From contig JAXLNO010000172.1 of assembly GCA_038087875.1 (NCBI GenBank), positions 1 to 64,000 on the forward strand: a DNA stretch of 64,000 nucleotides. The letters are read 5' to 3'. The translations under genes and the position numbers were made by a program. Source of the stretch: Malacoraja senta (Eukaryota). The first letter of the stretch is position 1; every line of letters begins with the position of its first letter. Positions 1 to 9,788 of the stretch are shown here, piece after piece. The notes below the pieces were generated by a model. That model saw only the letters and a list, made by a program, of their open reading frames with translations, did not search any database and was not told the origin of the DNA.

Positions 1-503
1 AACATCGCGGAGCTGTGGTTCGTAGAGCTCCCATCTGGCGGCTGACTTCAACATCGCAGAGTCCTGGGATCCCCTTTGCCGAGGGCCGCCAGCATGAATC
101 TCCGCCCAGCGCAGCCTGTGGACTCCTGGAGCTGCCGTCTCCGATAGGAAGTGGCCGATTCGGAAGTCCAAGCCGCTGAGGGTGTTCTCCCGTTCCGACG
201 TCGGAGTTCCATCATCCCAGCGAGCGGGCCTGAGTATCGGGCCGCCCGTGGTGGCGACTGTGGAGGGCTCGGGAGACCCCGACCACGGGTGAACATCCAA
301 GAACATCAGAGGAAGATGACTGAACTTTGGTGCCTTCCCTCACAGTGGGAAACTTTGGATTCTGCTGTGCGGGGATGTTTTATGTTGGAGTCTATCGTGT
401 GTGGGTTCTTTTTTTATTCGTATGGCTGTATGGTGACCACACATTTCACTGTACCAACTGGTACATGTGACAAATAAATGTATCTTGTATCTTGTATCTT
501 GTA
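1..503 (+). mobile_element. 3' part of a CpG-rich non-LTR repeat with a Rex-Babar-like 3' end, abutting (probably inserted into) a CR1
   Basis: Ends with TTTCACTGTAC...TACATGTGACAAATAAA followed by a (TATCTTG)n tail. This resembles the 3' ends of the Rex-type elements at 25681-25745 and 55152-55210. CR1 coding-like sequence starts right after the tail. Confidence 0.5.
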
Positions 504-2192
504 AAAGGCAATACGGGGAGAAAAGATGAGATACGAAGGTTATGGTAGCTAATAATATAAAGGAGGATAGTAAAAAGCTTCAGTAGGTATGTGAAAAGGA
601 AAAAATTAGTTTATACCAAAATTGGACCCTTGAAGACTGAAAAGGGCGAATTTATTATAAATGGCAGACGAGTTGAACAGATACTTTGGGATCCATCTTC
701 ACAAAGGAGGACACAAACAATCTCCCTGATGTACTAGTGGCCAGAGGATCTAGGGTGATGGAGGAACTGAAGGAAATTCACATTAGGCAGGAAATGGTGT
801 TGGGAAGTGGCTCTAAAAATCATGGACGCATTGGTGATCATTTTCCAATGTTCTATAGATTCAGGATCAGTTCCTGTGGATTGGAGGGTAGCTAATGTTA
901 TCCCACTTTTTAAGAGGCGGGTGAGAGAAAACATGGAATTATAGACCAGTTAGCCTGACATCGGTGGTGGTGAAGATGCTGGAGTCAATAATAAAAGATG
1001 AAATAGCGCCACATTTGGATAGTGGCACATTTGGGAATTTTTTGAGGATGTAACTGGGAAAATGGACAAGGGAGAGCCAGTGGATGTAGTGTACCTGGAC
1101 TTTCAGAAAGCATTTGATAAGGTCCCACATAGGAGATTAGTGGGCAAAATTAGAGCACATGGTGTTGGGGGCAGGGTGCTGACATGGATAGAAAATTGGT
1201 TGGCAGACCGGAAACAAAGAGTAGGGATTAACGGGTCCCTTTCAGAATGGCAGGCAGTGACTAGTGGGGTACTGCAAGGCTCGGTGCTGGACCAGCAGCT
1301 ATTAACAATATATATTGATGATTTAGATGAAGGGCTTAAAAGTAACATTAGCAAATTTGCAGATGACACAAAGCTGGGTGGCAGTGTGAACTGTGAGAAG
1401 GATGCTATAAGGATGCAGGGTGACTTGCACAGGTTGGGTGAGTGGACAGATGCATGGCAGATGCAGTTTAATGTGGATAAATGTGAGGTTATCCACTTTG
1501 GTGGCAAAAACAGGAAGGCAGATTATTATCTAAATGGTGTCGTTGGGAAAAGGGGAAGTACAACGGTATCTGGGGCTCCTTGTTATCAATCACTGAAAGT
1601 AAGCATACATGTACAGCAGGCAGTGAAGAAAGCAAATGGCATGATGGCCTTCATAACAAGAGGAGTTGAGTGTAGGAGCAAATAGGTCCTTCTGCAGTTG
1701 TACAGGGCCCTAGTGAGACCACATCTGGAGTATTGTGTGCAGTTTTGGTCTCCAAATTTGAGGAAGGACTTTCTTGCTATTGAGGAGTGCAGCGTAGGTT
1801 CACAAGGTTAATTCCCAGGATGGCGGAACTGTCATATGTTGATAGAATGGAGCGGCTGGGCTTGTATACTCTGGAATTTAGAAGGATGAGAGGGTATCTT
1901 ATTGAAACATATGATTATTAATGGTTTGGACACGCTAGAGCAGGAAACATGTTCCCGATGTTGGGGGAGTCCAGAACCAGGGGCCACAGTTTAAGGATAA
2001 GGGGTAAGCCATTTAGAACAGAGATGAGGAAATACTTTTTCACACAGAGAGTTGTGAGTCTGTGGAAATCACTGCCTCAGAGGGCAGTTCTCTGGATGCT
2101 TTCAAGAGAGAGCTCTTAAAGATAACGGAGTCAAGGGATATGGGACGAAGGCAGGAACGGGACACTGATTGTGGATGATCAGCCATGATCAT
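504..2192 (+). mobile_element. CR1-clade LINE, decayed ORF2 (RT) plus 3' UTR
   Basis: ORF 1062-1685 carries CR1 RT motifs (VDVVYLDFQKAFDKVPH, GVLQGSVL, SKFADDTKL, QFNVDKCEVIHFG). Flanking parts have frameshifts and stops. Highly similar to the copy at 45677-47422. Confidence 0.95.
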
Positions 2193-2652
2193 GTCTCCAA
2201 ATCTGAAGATATCCTTAGTTATGTTATTTGCATGGGGGTTATCTGTAAATATGAATTCACATGCACTTGCCTAGAGTTTGAATAGTTGCTTCTGTAGTTT
2301 GAAAAATACATACCTGGAAAAGAGGACGACTTTTTTGCCAAAGTGCTTTCTTCCCATATCCAGTGAATGTGGGTGGGCTTCTCCTGCATTTAAGGATGCT
2401 GAGAGACCGTACACCCTTTCCCAGCTAAGTGTCTGAATGCAACAGGCTGACATTTCATGTTTCTATCCAATTTTCTTGATTTGTATGTTCAAAGGTAATT
2501 AAGCTGTATATCGTGGATATCAGCTAAAGTCCACTGATCGTGACATGATTCACATAAGCCATATCACTTACTCCCTGACACATATATGCTTTGTGAGCAC
2601 ATCTGATTATTAATTTGTTTTGTCCACTATCCCTGCCTGTGCAAACATTAAT

Positions 2653-2720
2653 AGAAACCTGAATAGTAACTCAGAGTGGTGGATATCTAGAATGAGCTGC
2701 CAGAGGAGGTAATTGAGTCA
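2653..2720 (+). mobile_element. CR1 3' fragment, left half (continues at 9391)
   Basis: GAGCTGCCAGAGGAGGTAATTGAG matches the CR1 3' region at 60328-60352, where it is directly followed by the sequence found here at 9391. Confidence 0.75.
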
Positions 2721-2974
2721 TATCAAGTCACGTCAAGGGAGTTTATTGTCATGTGGACAGGACAATGAAATTCTTGCTTGGTGCAGCACAACAGAATATT
2801 GTATGCATCAATACAGATCAGATCAGTGTGTCTATATACCTAAGAATAATAATAATAATAGATTTTATTTATATTTATATAGCGCTTTCAGGACTCAAAG
2901 TCGCTTTACAATTGAGAGTCAGGAATAAACAAAACAAAATAGAGCAGTAAGACAGAGGGGAGGGGAACATGGGA

Positions 2975-5900
2975 CTAAGGGTATGCAGAGGTGAAGAGAT
3001 GGGTCTTGAGGCGGGACTGGAAGATGGTGAGGGTCTCAGAATTTCGGACCGGTTGTGGGAGGGAATTCCAGAGCCTGGGAGCTGCCCTGGAGAAGGCTCT
3101 GCCTCCAAAAGTGCAGAGGTTTGATTTCGGAGTGGAGAGGAGACCAGCTGATGTGGATCTGAGGGACCGTGTGGGTTGGTAGGGGGAGAGGAGGTCAATG
3201 AGATAAGGGGGGGCCAGGTTGTTGAGGGCTTTGTAGGTGAGGACCAGGATTTTGTAGGTGATCCGGTGGGAAATGGGAAGCCAGTGAAGTTCTTTGAGAA
3301 CTGGGGTGATGTGGTGCCAGGATTTGGTGTGGGTAATGAGTCGAGCGGCTGCATTTTGGACCAGTTGGAGTCGGTTGATGCTGCTGGAATTGATTCCGAA
3401 AAGAAGAGAGTTACAGTAGTCCAGTCGGGAGGAGATGAAGGCATGGATGAGTCTTTCCGCAGCGGGGGGTGTGAGAGAGGATCTGATTTTTGCAATGTTG
3501 CGGAGGTGAAAAAATGATGTTTTGACAACATGGCGGATGTGAGGCTCAAGGGAGAGGGTTGCGTCAAGGATCACGCCAAGGTTGCGGGCCTGAGGAGATG
3601 GGGAGACTGGTGCCGTCGATAGTGGGGTTGTTAATTTTAGTGAGTGTTGATTTGGAGCCAATGAGGAGAAATTCTGTTTTGCTACTGTTTTGCTACTGTT
3701 TAATTTAAGGAAGTTGAGTTGCATCCAAGATTTGATGGCTGATAGGCAGGAGTTGATATGGGAGAGAGGCGGGTGGTTGGGGGACTTGGTGCTGAGATAG
3801 ATCTGGGTGTCATCAGCATAGCAGTGGAAGTCCAGGTTGAAGTGACGGAGTATATGACCAAGGGGGAGGATGTAGATGATGAAGAGGAGGGGACAAAGAA
3901 CGGAGCCTTGGGGAATGCCTTGAGTGACAGTGGCTGTGGCAGAGGTGTGGTTATGGAGAGAGATGAAGTGGGATTGGTTGGAAAGGTAGGAACGGAACCA
4001 GCTGAGTGCAGAACCTTCATTGACAAGGTCCCTAAGTCTGGTGAGCAGGATGTTGTGGTTGACGGTATCGAAGGCTGCACTCAGGTCGAGGAGGATGAGG
4101 ATATTGAGGGAGCCAGTGTCAGCAGAGGTAAGGAGGTCATTGAGGACTTTGAGGAGAGCAGTTTCTGTGCTATGGAGGGGGCGAAAGCCAGATTGGAGGG
4201 GTTCGAATAGGTTATACGCGAGGAGGTGGGAATGAAGTTGTGACGCGACGATGCGCTCCAGGGTTTTTGAAAGAAAGGGGAGGTTTGAGATGGGGCGGTA
4301 GTTAATGAGAGAGGAGGGATCAAGACCAGGTTTCTTTAAGATTGGTGTGACAGCAGCAGTTTTGAAAGCAGAGGGGACAATTCCTTGGGACAATGAGGAG
4401 TTGAAAAGATTAGTGAGGTAGGGGCAGAGAGCAGGGAGGCAGGACTTCAGCAGGGGAGTGGGGAGATGGTCAAGGGAGCAGGTAGTGGGTTTGGAAGAGA
4501 TGATGAGTTTGGAGATTTCAGTAGGGGTGACCGGGCCAAACTGGGAGAGGAAGCAGTGAGGGGGAGGGGTATGGAGATCAGCGGAGATGTTGAAAGGAGG
4601 GGCCTTGGTAGGTGGTGGAATAGATGCTGGGGAGTCGGGTACAGGGGATAGGGATTGATAGATGGTGCTGATTTTATCAGCAAAAAAGTGGAGGAATGAG
4701 TTGCAGAGATCCGGGGTGGAGGTAGGGAGAGTGCTGGCTCGAGGCTTGAGGAGGTTGCAGACTGTGGAGAAGAGGGTTCTGTGGTTTAGGCAGGAGTCAG
4801 TGAATATGGAGGAGAGGTATGCAGATTTAGCAGCAATGAGGGCATCTTTGTAGGCAGTGAGGTGGAGTTTGTAAGCTTCATGGTGGACTGTGAGAGGTGA
4901 TTTCTTTATGAGTCGTTCAAGTCGGCGACCAATCTGTTTCAGCTTACGAAGTGCAGGTGTGTACCAGGGTGAAGATTTATTAAAAGTTACAGTTCTTGTT
5001 TTGAGGGGAGCCAGAGTGTTAAGGGAGGTAGACAAGGTGGAATTGAGATGGTTTGTGAGATCATCAGGTGAGATGTGGGTTGAGTCCAGGGGGAGAGTGG
5101 TGGAGAGCAGGTCAGAGAGATGGTGAGGGTCGATGGATTTTAGATTACGGAAGGTGATTTCTCGGAGGAAGCGGGGGCGAGGTGTCGGAGAAGGGATGGT
5201 GAACCGTATGAGCTTATGATCAGAGAGGGGGAAGAGGCATGGATGGAGGTCGAGTACCGGTTGATTTGTGGAGCAGACCAGGTCAAGGATGTGACCTTTG
5301 TCATGAGTGGGAAAGTTGACGTGCTGAGTGAGAGAGAAGTTGTCAAATAGAAAAGCGAATTCAGATGCGAACTTGCAGAACTTGCGAATATGAATGTTTA
5401 AGTCACCAAGTAGCAGCTGACGTGGGGTGAGAGATGAGACAAGTGTGAGGAATTCAATGAAATCAGATAGGAAGGAGGGGTTTGGTTTAGGTGGCCGGTA
5501 AATGAGGATGACTGTCATGGAGGAAAGGGCTTTGAAGGCAAGGAATTCAAATGATGCTACTGGGGGGAGGGTGAGTTCAACGATCGGAAAGTTCTGGTTG
5601 AAAATAACAGCGAGGCCACCTCCATGGTGGGAGGGGCGGGGTTTGGAAATATAATTAACCCCAGATGGGGATGCTTGGTTGAGGGAGAAGAAGACATTGG
5701 GTTGTTGCCAGGTTTCAGTGAGCAGAAGGAAGTCAAGAGTGTTGTCAAGGATTAGTTCATGGAGGGCAAGGGCTTTGTTGTTGAGCGACCGGGTGTTGAG
5801 GAGGGCAAAGTTGGCATTGTGAGAGGGTGGAGGGATGGGGGCAGGCTGGAGAGATCTGAGGTTGTCCCAGTTGACAGTGCATGTGGTCAGCTGGGATGGG

Positions 5901-6109
5901 GGGTGACACGGTTGAGGGGGGGCAGAGCGTGATAGTGAGCAGATGGATGGAATGGGATGTCCATGGCCGGAGCAGACAAGCTTGCATCGAGAGTCTCTAT
6001 GGATGTAACGGGGTCGACGTAGAAGTCCAAATTGTTTAATGATTGGGGTGCAGGATGGGGTGTGATTGTTGGAGAGACCAGTCAGCCGCAGAGCCGAGTA
6101 TTTGATCAT
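2975..6109 (-). CDS. L2 ORF2: AP endonuclease and reverse transcriptase (~1044 aa from ATG at 6109); contains a compensated frameshift
   Basis: APE motifs LLNTRSLNNK, LLTETW, IYRPP, LLGDLNIH, THDKGHILDLV, SDH. RT motifs YRPISNLPFLSK, LDLSAAFDTV, GIPQGSVL, YADDTQIY. C-terminal SRLDYCNSLL and LHWLP. Confidence 0.88.
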   Translation of the reverse strand: MIKYSALRLTGLSNNHTPSCTPIIKQFGLLRRPRYIHRDSRCKLVCSGHGHPIPSICSLSRSAPPQPCHPPSQLTTCTVNWDNLRSLQPAPIPPPSHNANFALLNTRSLNNKALALHELILDNTLDFLLLTETWQQPNVFFSLNQASPSGVNYISKPRPSHHGGGLAVIFNQNFPIVELTLPPVASFEFLAFKALSSMTVILIYRPPKPNPSFLSDFIEFLTLVSSLTPRQLLLGDLNIHIRKFCKFASEFAFLFDNFSLTQHVNFPTHDKGHILDLVCSTNQPVLDLHPCLFPLSDHKLIRFTIPSPTPRPRFLREITFRNLKSIDPHHLSDLLSTTLPLDSTHISPDDLTNHLNSTLSTSLNTLAPLKTRTVTFNKSSPWYTPALRKLKQIGRRLERLIKKSPLTVHHEAYKLHLTAYKDALIAAKSAYLSSIFTDSCLNHRTLFSTVCNLLKPRASTLPTSTPDLCNSFLHFFADKISTIYQSLSPVPDSPASIPPPTKAPPFNISADLHTPPPHCFLSQFGPVTPTEISKLIISSKPTTCSLDHLPTPLLKSCLPALCPYLTNLFNSSLSQGIVPSAFKTAAVTPILKKPGLDPSSLINYRPISNLPFLSKTLERIVASQLHSHLLAYNLFEPLQSGFRPLHSTETALLKVLNDLLTSADTGSLNILILLDLSAAFDTVNHNILLTRLRDLVNEGSALSWFRSYLSNQSHFISLHNHTSATATVTQGIPQGSVLCPLLFIIYILPLGHILRHFNLDFHCYADDTQIYLSTKSPNHPPLSHINSCLSAIKSWMQLNFLKLNSSKTVAKQNFSSLAPNQHSLKLTTPLSTAPVSPSPQARNLGVILDATLSLEPHIRHVVKTSFFHLRNIAKIRSSLTPPAAERLIHAFISSRLDYCNSLLFGINSSSINRLQLVQNAAARLITHTKSWHHITPVLKELHWLPISHRITYKILVLTYKALNNLAPPYLIDLLSPYQPTRSLRSTSAGLLSTPKSNLCTFGGRAFSRAAPRLWNSLPQPVRNSETLTIFQSRLKTHLFTSAYP

Positions 6110-6119
6110 GATGAAGCGG

Positions 6120-6393
6120 CAGAGAGGTTGTCCAGTGGTGAGGGCGCAGAGAGGTGTCCAGCAGAGAAGTCGAAGAGAGGTGTCCAGCAGCGATGGGTGT
6201 CCGGCAGCGAGGGAGCAGAGAGGTCGTCCAGCGGTGCAGGTGCACAGAGGCATCCAGTGGTGCAGGTGGAGAGAGAAGCCAGCGGTGGGTGAGCAGAGAG
6301 GCCGTCCGGTAGAGCGGGTGCAGCGAGGTGTCCAGCAGTGAGGGAGCAAAGAGGCCATCCAGCAGTGCAGGTGCAGCGAGGCGACGAGCAGTG
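6120..6393. repeat. Degenerate ~25-27 nt minisatellite array upstream of L2 ORF2
   Basis: About 10 recurrences of AGAGAGG(T)GTCCAGC(A/G)G...GAGC/GGTGCA units. Confidence 0.75.
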
Positions 6394-6427
<34 letters not shown>

Positions 6428-9390
6428 AATAAACAGATAAAGTGCAATAGGCTGATATAGTTTAGAGTTTGTTTCAAGTTGTGTTTAATAGTCTGAAGTA
6501 ACTGTTCCTGAACCTGGATGTTGCAGATTTCAGGCTCCTGTACCTTCTACCTGATGGCAGCGGAGAGATGAGTGTGTGGCCAGTATGGTGTGGGTCCTTG
6601 ATTATGTTGGCAGCCTTTTTGAGGCAGCGACTGCGATAGATCCCCTCGATGGTAGGGAGGTCAGAGACGATGATGGACAGGGCAGTGTTTACAACTTTTT
6701 GCAGCCTTTTCTGCTCCTGGACGCTCAGGTTGCCGTACCAAGCCATGATGCAACCGGTCAGCATGCTCTCTACTGTGCACCTGTAGATGTTCGAGAGAGT
6801 CCTCCTTGACATACCGACTCTCCGTAATCTTCTCGGGAAGTAGAGGTGCTGATGTGCTTACTTTATGATTGCATCAGTGTTCTGGGACCAGGAGCGATCT
6901 TTGGAAATATGCACGCCCAGGAATTTGAAGTTCTTGACTCTTTCCACCATCAACCCATTGATATAAACGGGACTGTGGGTCCCCATCCTACCCCTTCCGA
7001 AGTCCACAATCAGTTCCTTGGTTTTGCTGGTGTTGAGAGCCAGGTTATTGTGCTGGCACCATTTGGTCAATCAGTCGATCTCACTTCTATACTCTGATTC
7101 GTCCCCATCAGTGATACGTCCCACAACAGTGGTGTCATCAGCGAACTTGATGATGGAGTTCGCACTATGTCTGGCTACACAGTCATGTAGAGTGAGTACG
7201 GCAGGGGGCTGAGCACGCAGCCTTGAGGTGATCCCATGCTGATTGTTATCGAGGATGACACATTTCCACCAATACGGACAGACGGTGTGGTCTGTGAATG
7301 AGGAAGTCGAGGATCCAATTGCAGAGGGATGCGCAGAGACCCAGATCTGAGAGCTTGGTAACCAGCTTGGAGGGGATGATGGTATTAAATGCCGAGCTGT
7401 AGTCAATGAACAACAGCCTGACATGAGTTTTTGTTGTCCAAGTGGTCCAGAGAGGAGTGGAGAGCCAGTGAGATCGCATCCACTGTTGATCTGTTGTGGC
7501 GGTAAGCGAACTGCAGTGGGTCCAGGTTTTTGTCGAGGTATGAGTTGATTTGCGTCATGATCAGCCTCTCAAAGCACTTCATCACCACAGACGTTAGTGC
7601 CACTGGTCGATAGTCATTGAGGCACGTCACCTTGCTCTTCTTGGGCGCCGGTATTATTGATGCCCTTTTAAAGCAGGTGGGAACTTCAGACCTCAGAAGT
7701 GAGAGGTTGAAAATGTCCGTAAAAACTCCAGCCAGTTGGTCCGCACAGGTTTTTAAAACACTCACGGGTATACCATCAGGTCCAGGCGCTTTCTGAGGGT
7801 TCACCCCTCTGTAGGATCTTCTGACGTCGGCCTCTGTGACTGTGACCAAAATACCATCACGGCGAATGGGGGCTCGGGAAGGCACATCAGTGTTCTCCCT
7901 ATCAAAGTGTGCGTTAAACGCATTGAGCTCGTCAGGGAGTGATGCTTCGCTGACATTTGAGCTGCCTCCTGATTTCGCCTTGTAGGAGGTGATTGCATTC
8001 AATCCCCGCCACAGTTGCCGAACATCCGTGTCATCCTCCAGCTTTGAGCAGAAGTCCCTTTTGGCCTTTTTGATGGCCTTACCAAGGTCGTATCTGGACT
8101 TCTTGTAGACCTCTGTATCTCCAGACCTGAATGCCCGGGATCTGGTCTTCAGAAAAATGCGGATCTCATGGTTCATCCAAGGCTTCTGGTTAGGAAACAC
8201 TCGGAAGGTTTTTGTTGGGAGGTTGAAAGTCCTCCACACATTGCTTAATGAAGTCTGTAATGACTGTAATGAAGTCCTTGAACATTGCCCAGTCTACAGA
8301 CTCCAAACAGTCCTGGAGTTGTTCTTCTGACCTCCCCCCCCTACCAGCTCTGTACAGTCCTCACCTCTGGGGTGCGCTCTTCAATTGCTGCCTGTAGGCA
8401 GGAAGAAGCAGCACCGCTGAATGGTCGGATTTACCAAAGTGAGGGCGAGGGATAGAGCGATAGGCGTCTTTGATGGTCGTGTAGCAATGGTCGAGGGTGT
8501 TTGGTCCTCAGGTGCTGCAGGAGACACGTTGGTGGAAGTTAGGGAGCAATTTCTTAAGGTTGGCTTTGTTGAAGTCCCCGGCTATGGTGGTAAATGCCTT
8601 GGGGTATGCCGTCTGGTGCTTGTTGACCACGGCGTGCAGCTCCTCCAGTGCCAGACGGACATCTGCCTGGGGTGGGATGTAGACCGCGGTCAGGATGATG
8701 GAGGTGAATTCCCTCAGTAGGTAGAAGGGACGGCACTTCACCGCCAGATGTTCCAGGTGTGGAGAGCAGGAGTTGGATAGGACTGCCACGTCTGAGCACC
8801 ACGCAGAGTTGACCATGAGGCAGACGCCCCCTCTCCCTTTACCAGATGCCTGCGTATGGTCCATACGGTGGATGGAGAACCCTTCAGGCTGAACCGCTGA
8901 GTCTGGGGAGCTGGGGGTGAGCCATGTCTCTGTGAAACAGAACAGAGCATTCCCTCAGCTTCCTTTGGTAAAGCAGCCTTGCCCTTAAGTCCTCCACTTT
9001 GTTTTCTAGTGACTGTACGTTGGACGGTAGGATGGTAGGGAGAGGGGGCCGAAGTTCCCTCCGCTTCAGTCTTACTTGTAGTCCTGCCCGACGCCATGTT
9101 TCCATACTCCATGAAGTCCTCCTCGGTATTTAAAGGTACAGTACTTATGAGTCTCCACGAGGTCGGGGATTCCCCTGAGATCGGGAATTCCCTTACAGTC
9201 GGCACCTCCAGCTCCGTTGCTGCTGGGAGATCCTGCCCGACGGCCTCGATTCCGGACTCCATGAAGGCCTCCCTGGAGTTTACAGGAACAGTACTTACTA
9301 TACCTGCGTGCCTCCGCGAGGTCGGGGATTCCCCTCCGTTTGGGGATTCCTTTACCGTTGCTATAGTATATAGGTACTAAGGTACCTATA

Positions 9391-9545
9391 AGGTACTATA
9401 ACAGCATTTAAAATACATTTGGACATGTATATAGATAGGAAAGGTGGAATGAGATATAGGCCAAACACAAGCAAATGGGACTAGCTTAGATGGGGCATCT
9501 TGGTCAACATTTACCAGTTGGGCCAAAGGGACTGCTTCTGTGCTG
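9391..9545 (+). mobile_element. CR1 3' fragment, right half
   Basis: AGGTACTATAACAGCATTTAAAATACATTTGGAC...GATAGGAAAGG matches 60354-60410. Ends in a CR1/HE1-type tail (GGGCCAAAGGGACTGCTTCTGTGCTG). Confidence 0.75.
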
Positions 9546-9703
9546 AGTTACTCCAGCATCAGTAGAAAGAATGCCAATTGTTCACATTTTATCAAGAAAT
9601 TAGCTCATCGATGGGGGATCCACTGGCATAACCTAATGGATCAGTGGATTTTTCTGAAGTATCTTGCAGAATTCTATTAATATTTATGTCTTTACGTTTT
9701 CAG

Positions 9704-9788
9704 GACCCACCAAAGTTGTACGCGCCCATTGCTGCAGAGAAGAGAAAACCTGTCCGAGTACTGTCACTTTTTGATGGCATTGCCACAG
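9704..9788 (+). CDS. DNMT3A: DNA (cytosine-5)-methyltransferase 3A, exon equivalent to human exon 16 (85 nt); motif I
   Basis: ttttcag|GAC...ACAG|gtagtg; translates DPPKLYAPIAAEKRKPVRVLSLFDGIAT(G). Confidence 0.97.

Larger units (their letters stand above)
2841..6393 (-). mobile_element. L2-clade LINE with long ORF2
   Basis: On the minus strand the 3' end reads GTAAAGCGACTTTGAG...AAAGCGCTATATAAA followed by (ATT)n, typical of fish-type L2. Encodes APE plus RT. Confidence 0.93.
2721..9390 (-). mobile_element. Rex-Babar (Rex1-like) LINE, near full length, frameshifted, interrupted by an L2 at 2841-6393
   Basis: Minus-strand ORF pieces: RAGLQVRLKRR..RPPLPTIL..NVQSLENK (N-terminus), APE motifs (VYIPPQAD, AGDFNKA), RT motifs ([48 protein letters not shown]). 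The 3' UTR and tail at 2721-2840 and 6394-6480 match the sister copy at 55152-55380. Confidence 0.92.

Noticed and set aside
6110..6477. ORF-track extensions starting MCIYIYIY / MYIYIYIY
   Set aside because: They read through a (TA)n microsatellite and the minisatellite. The first credible ATG of L2 ORF2 is at 6109.
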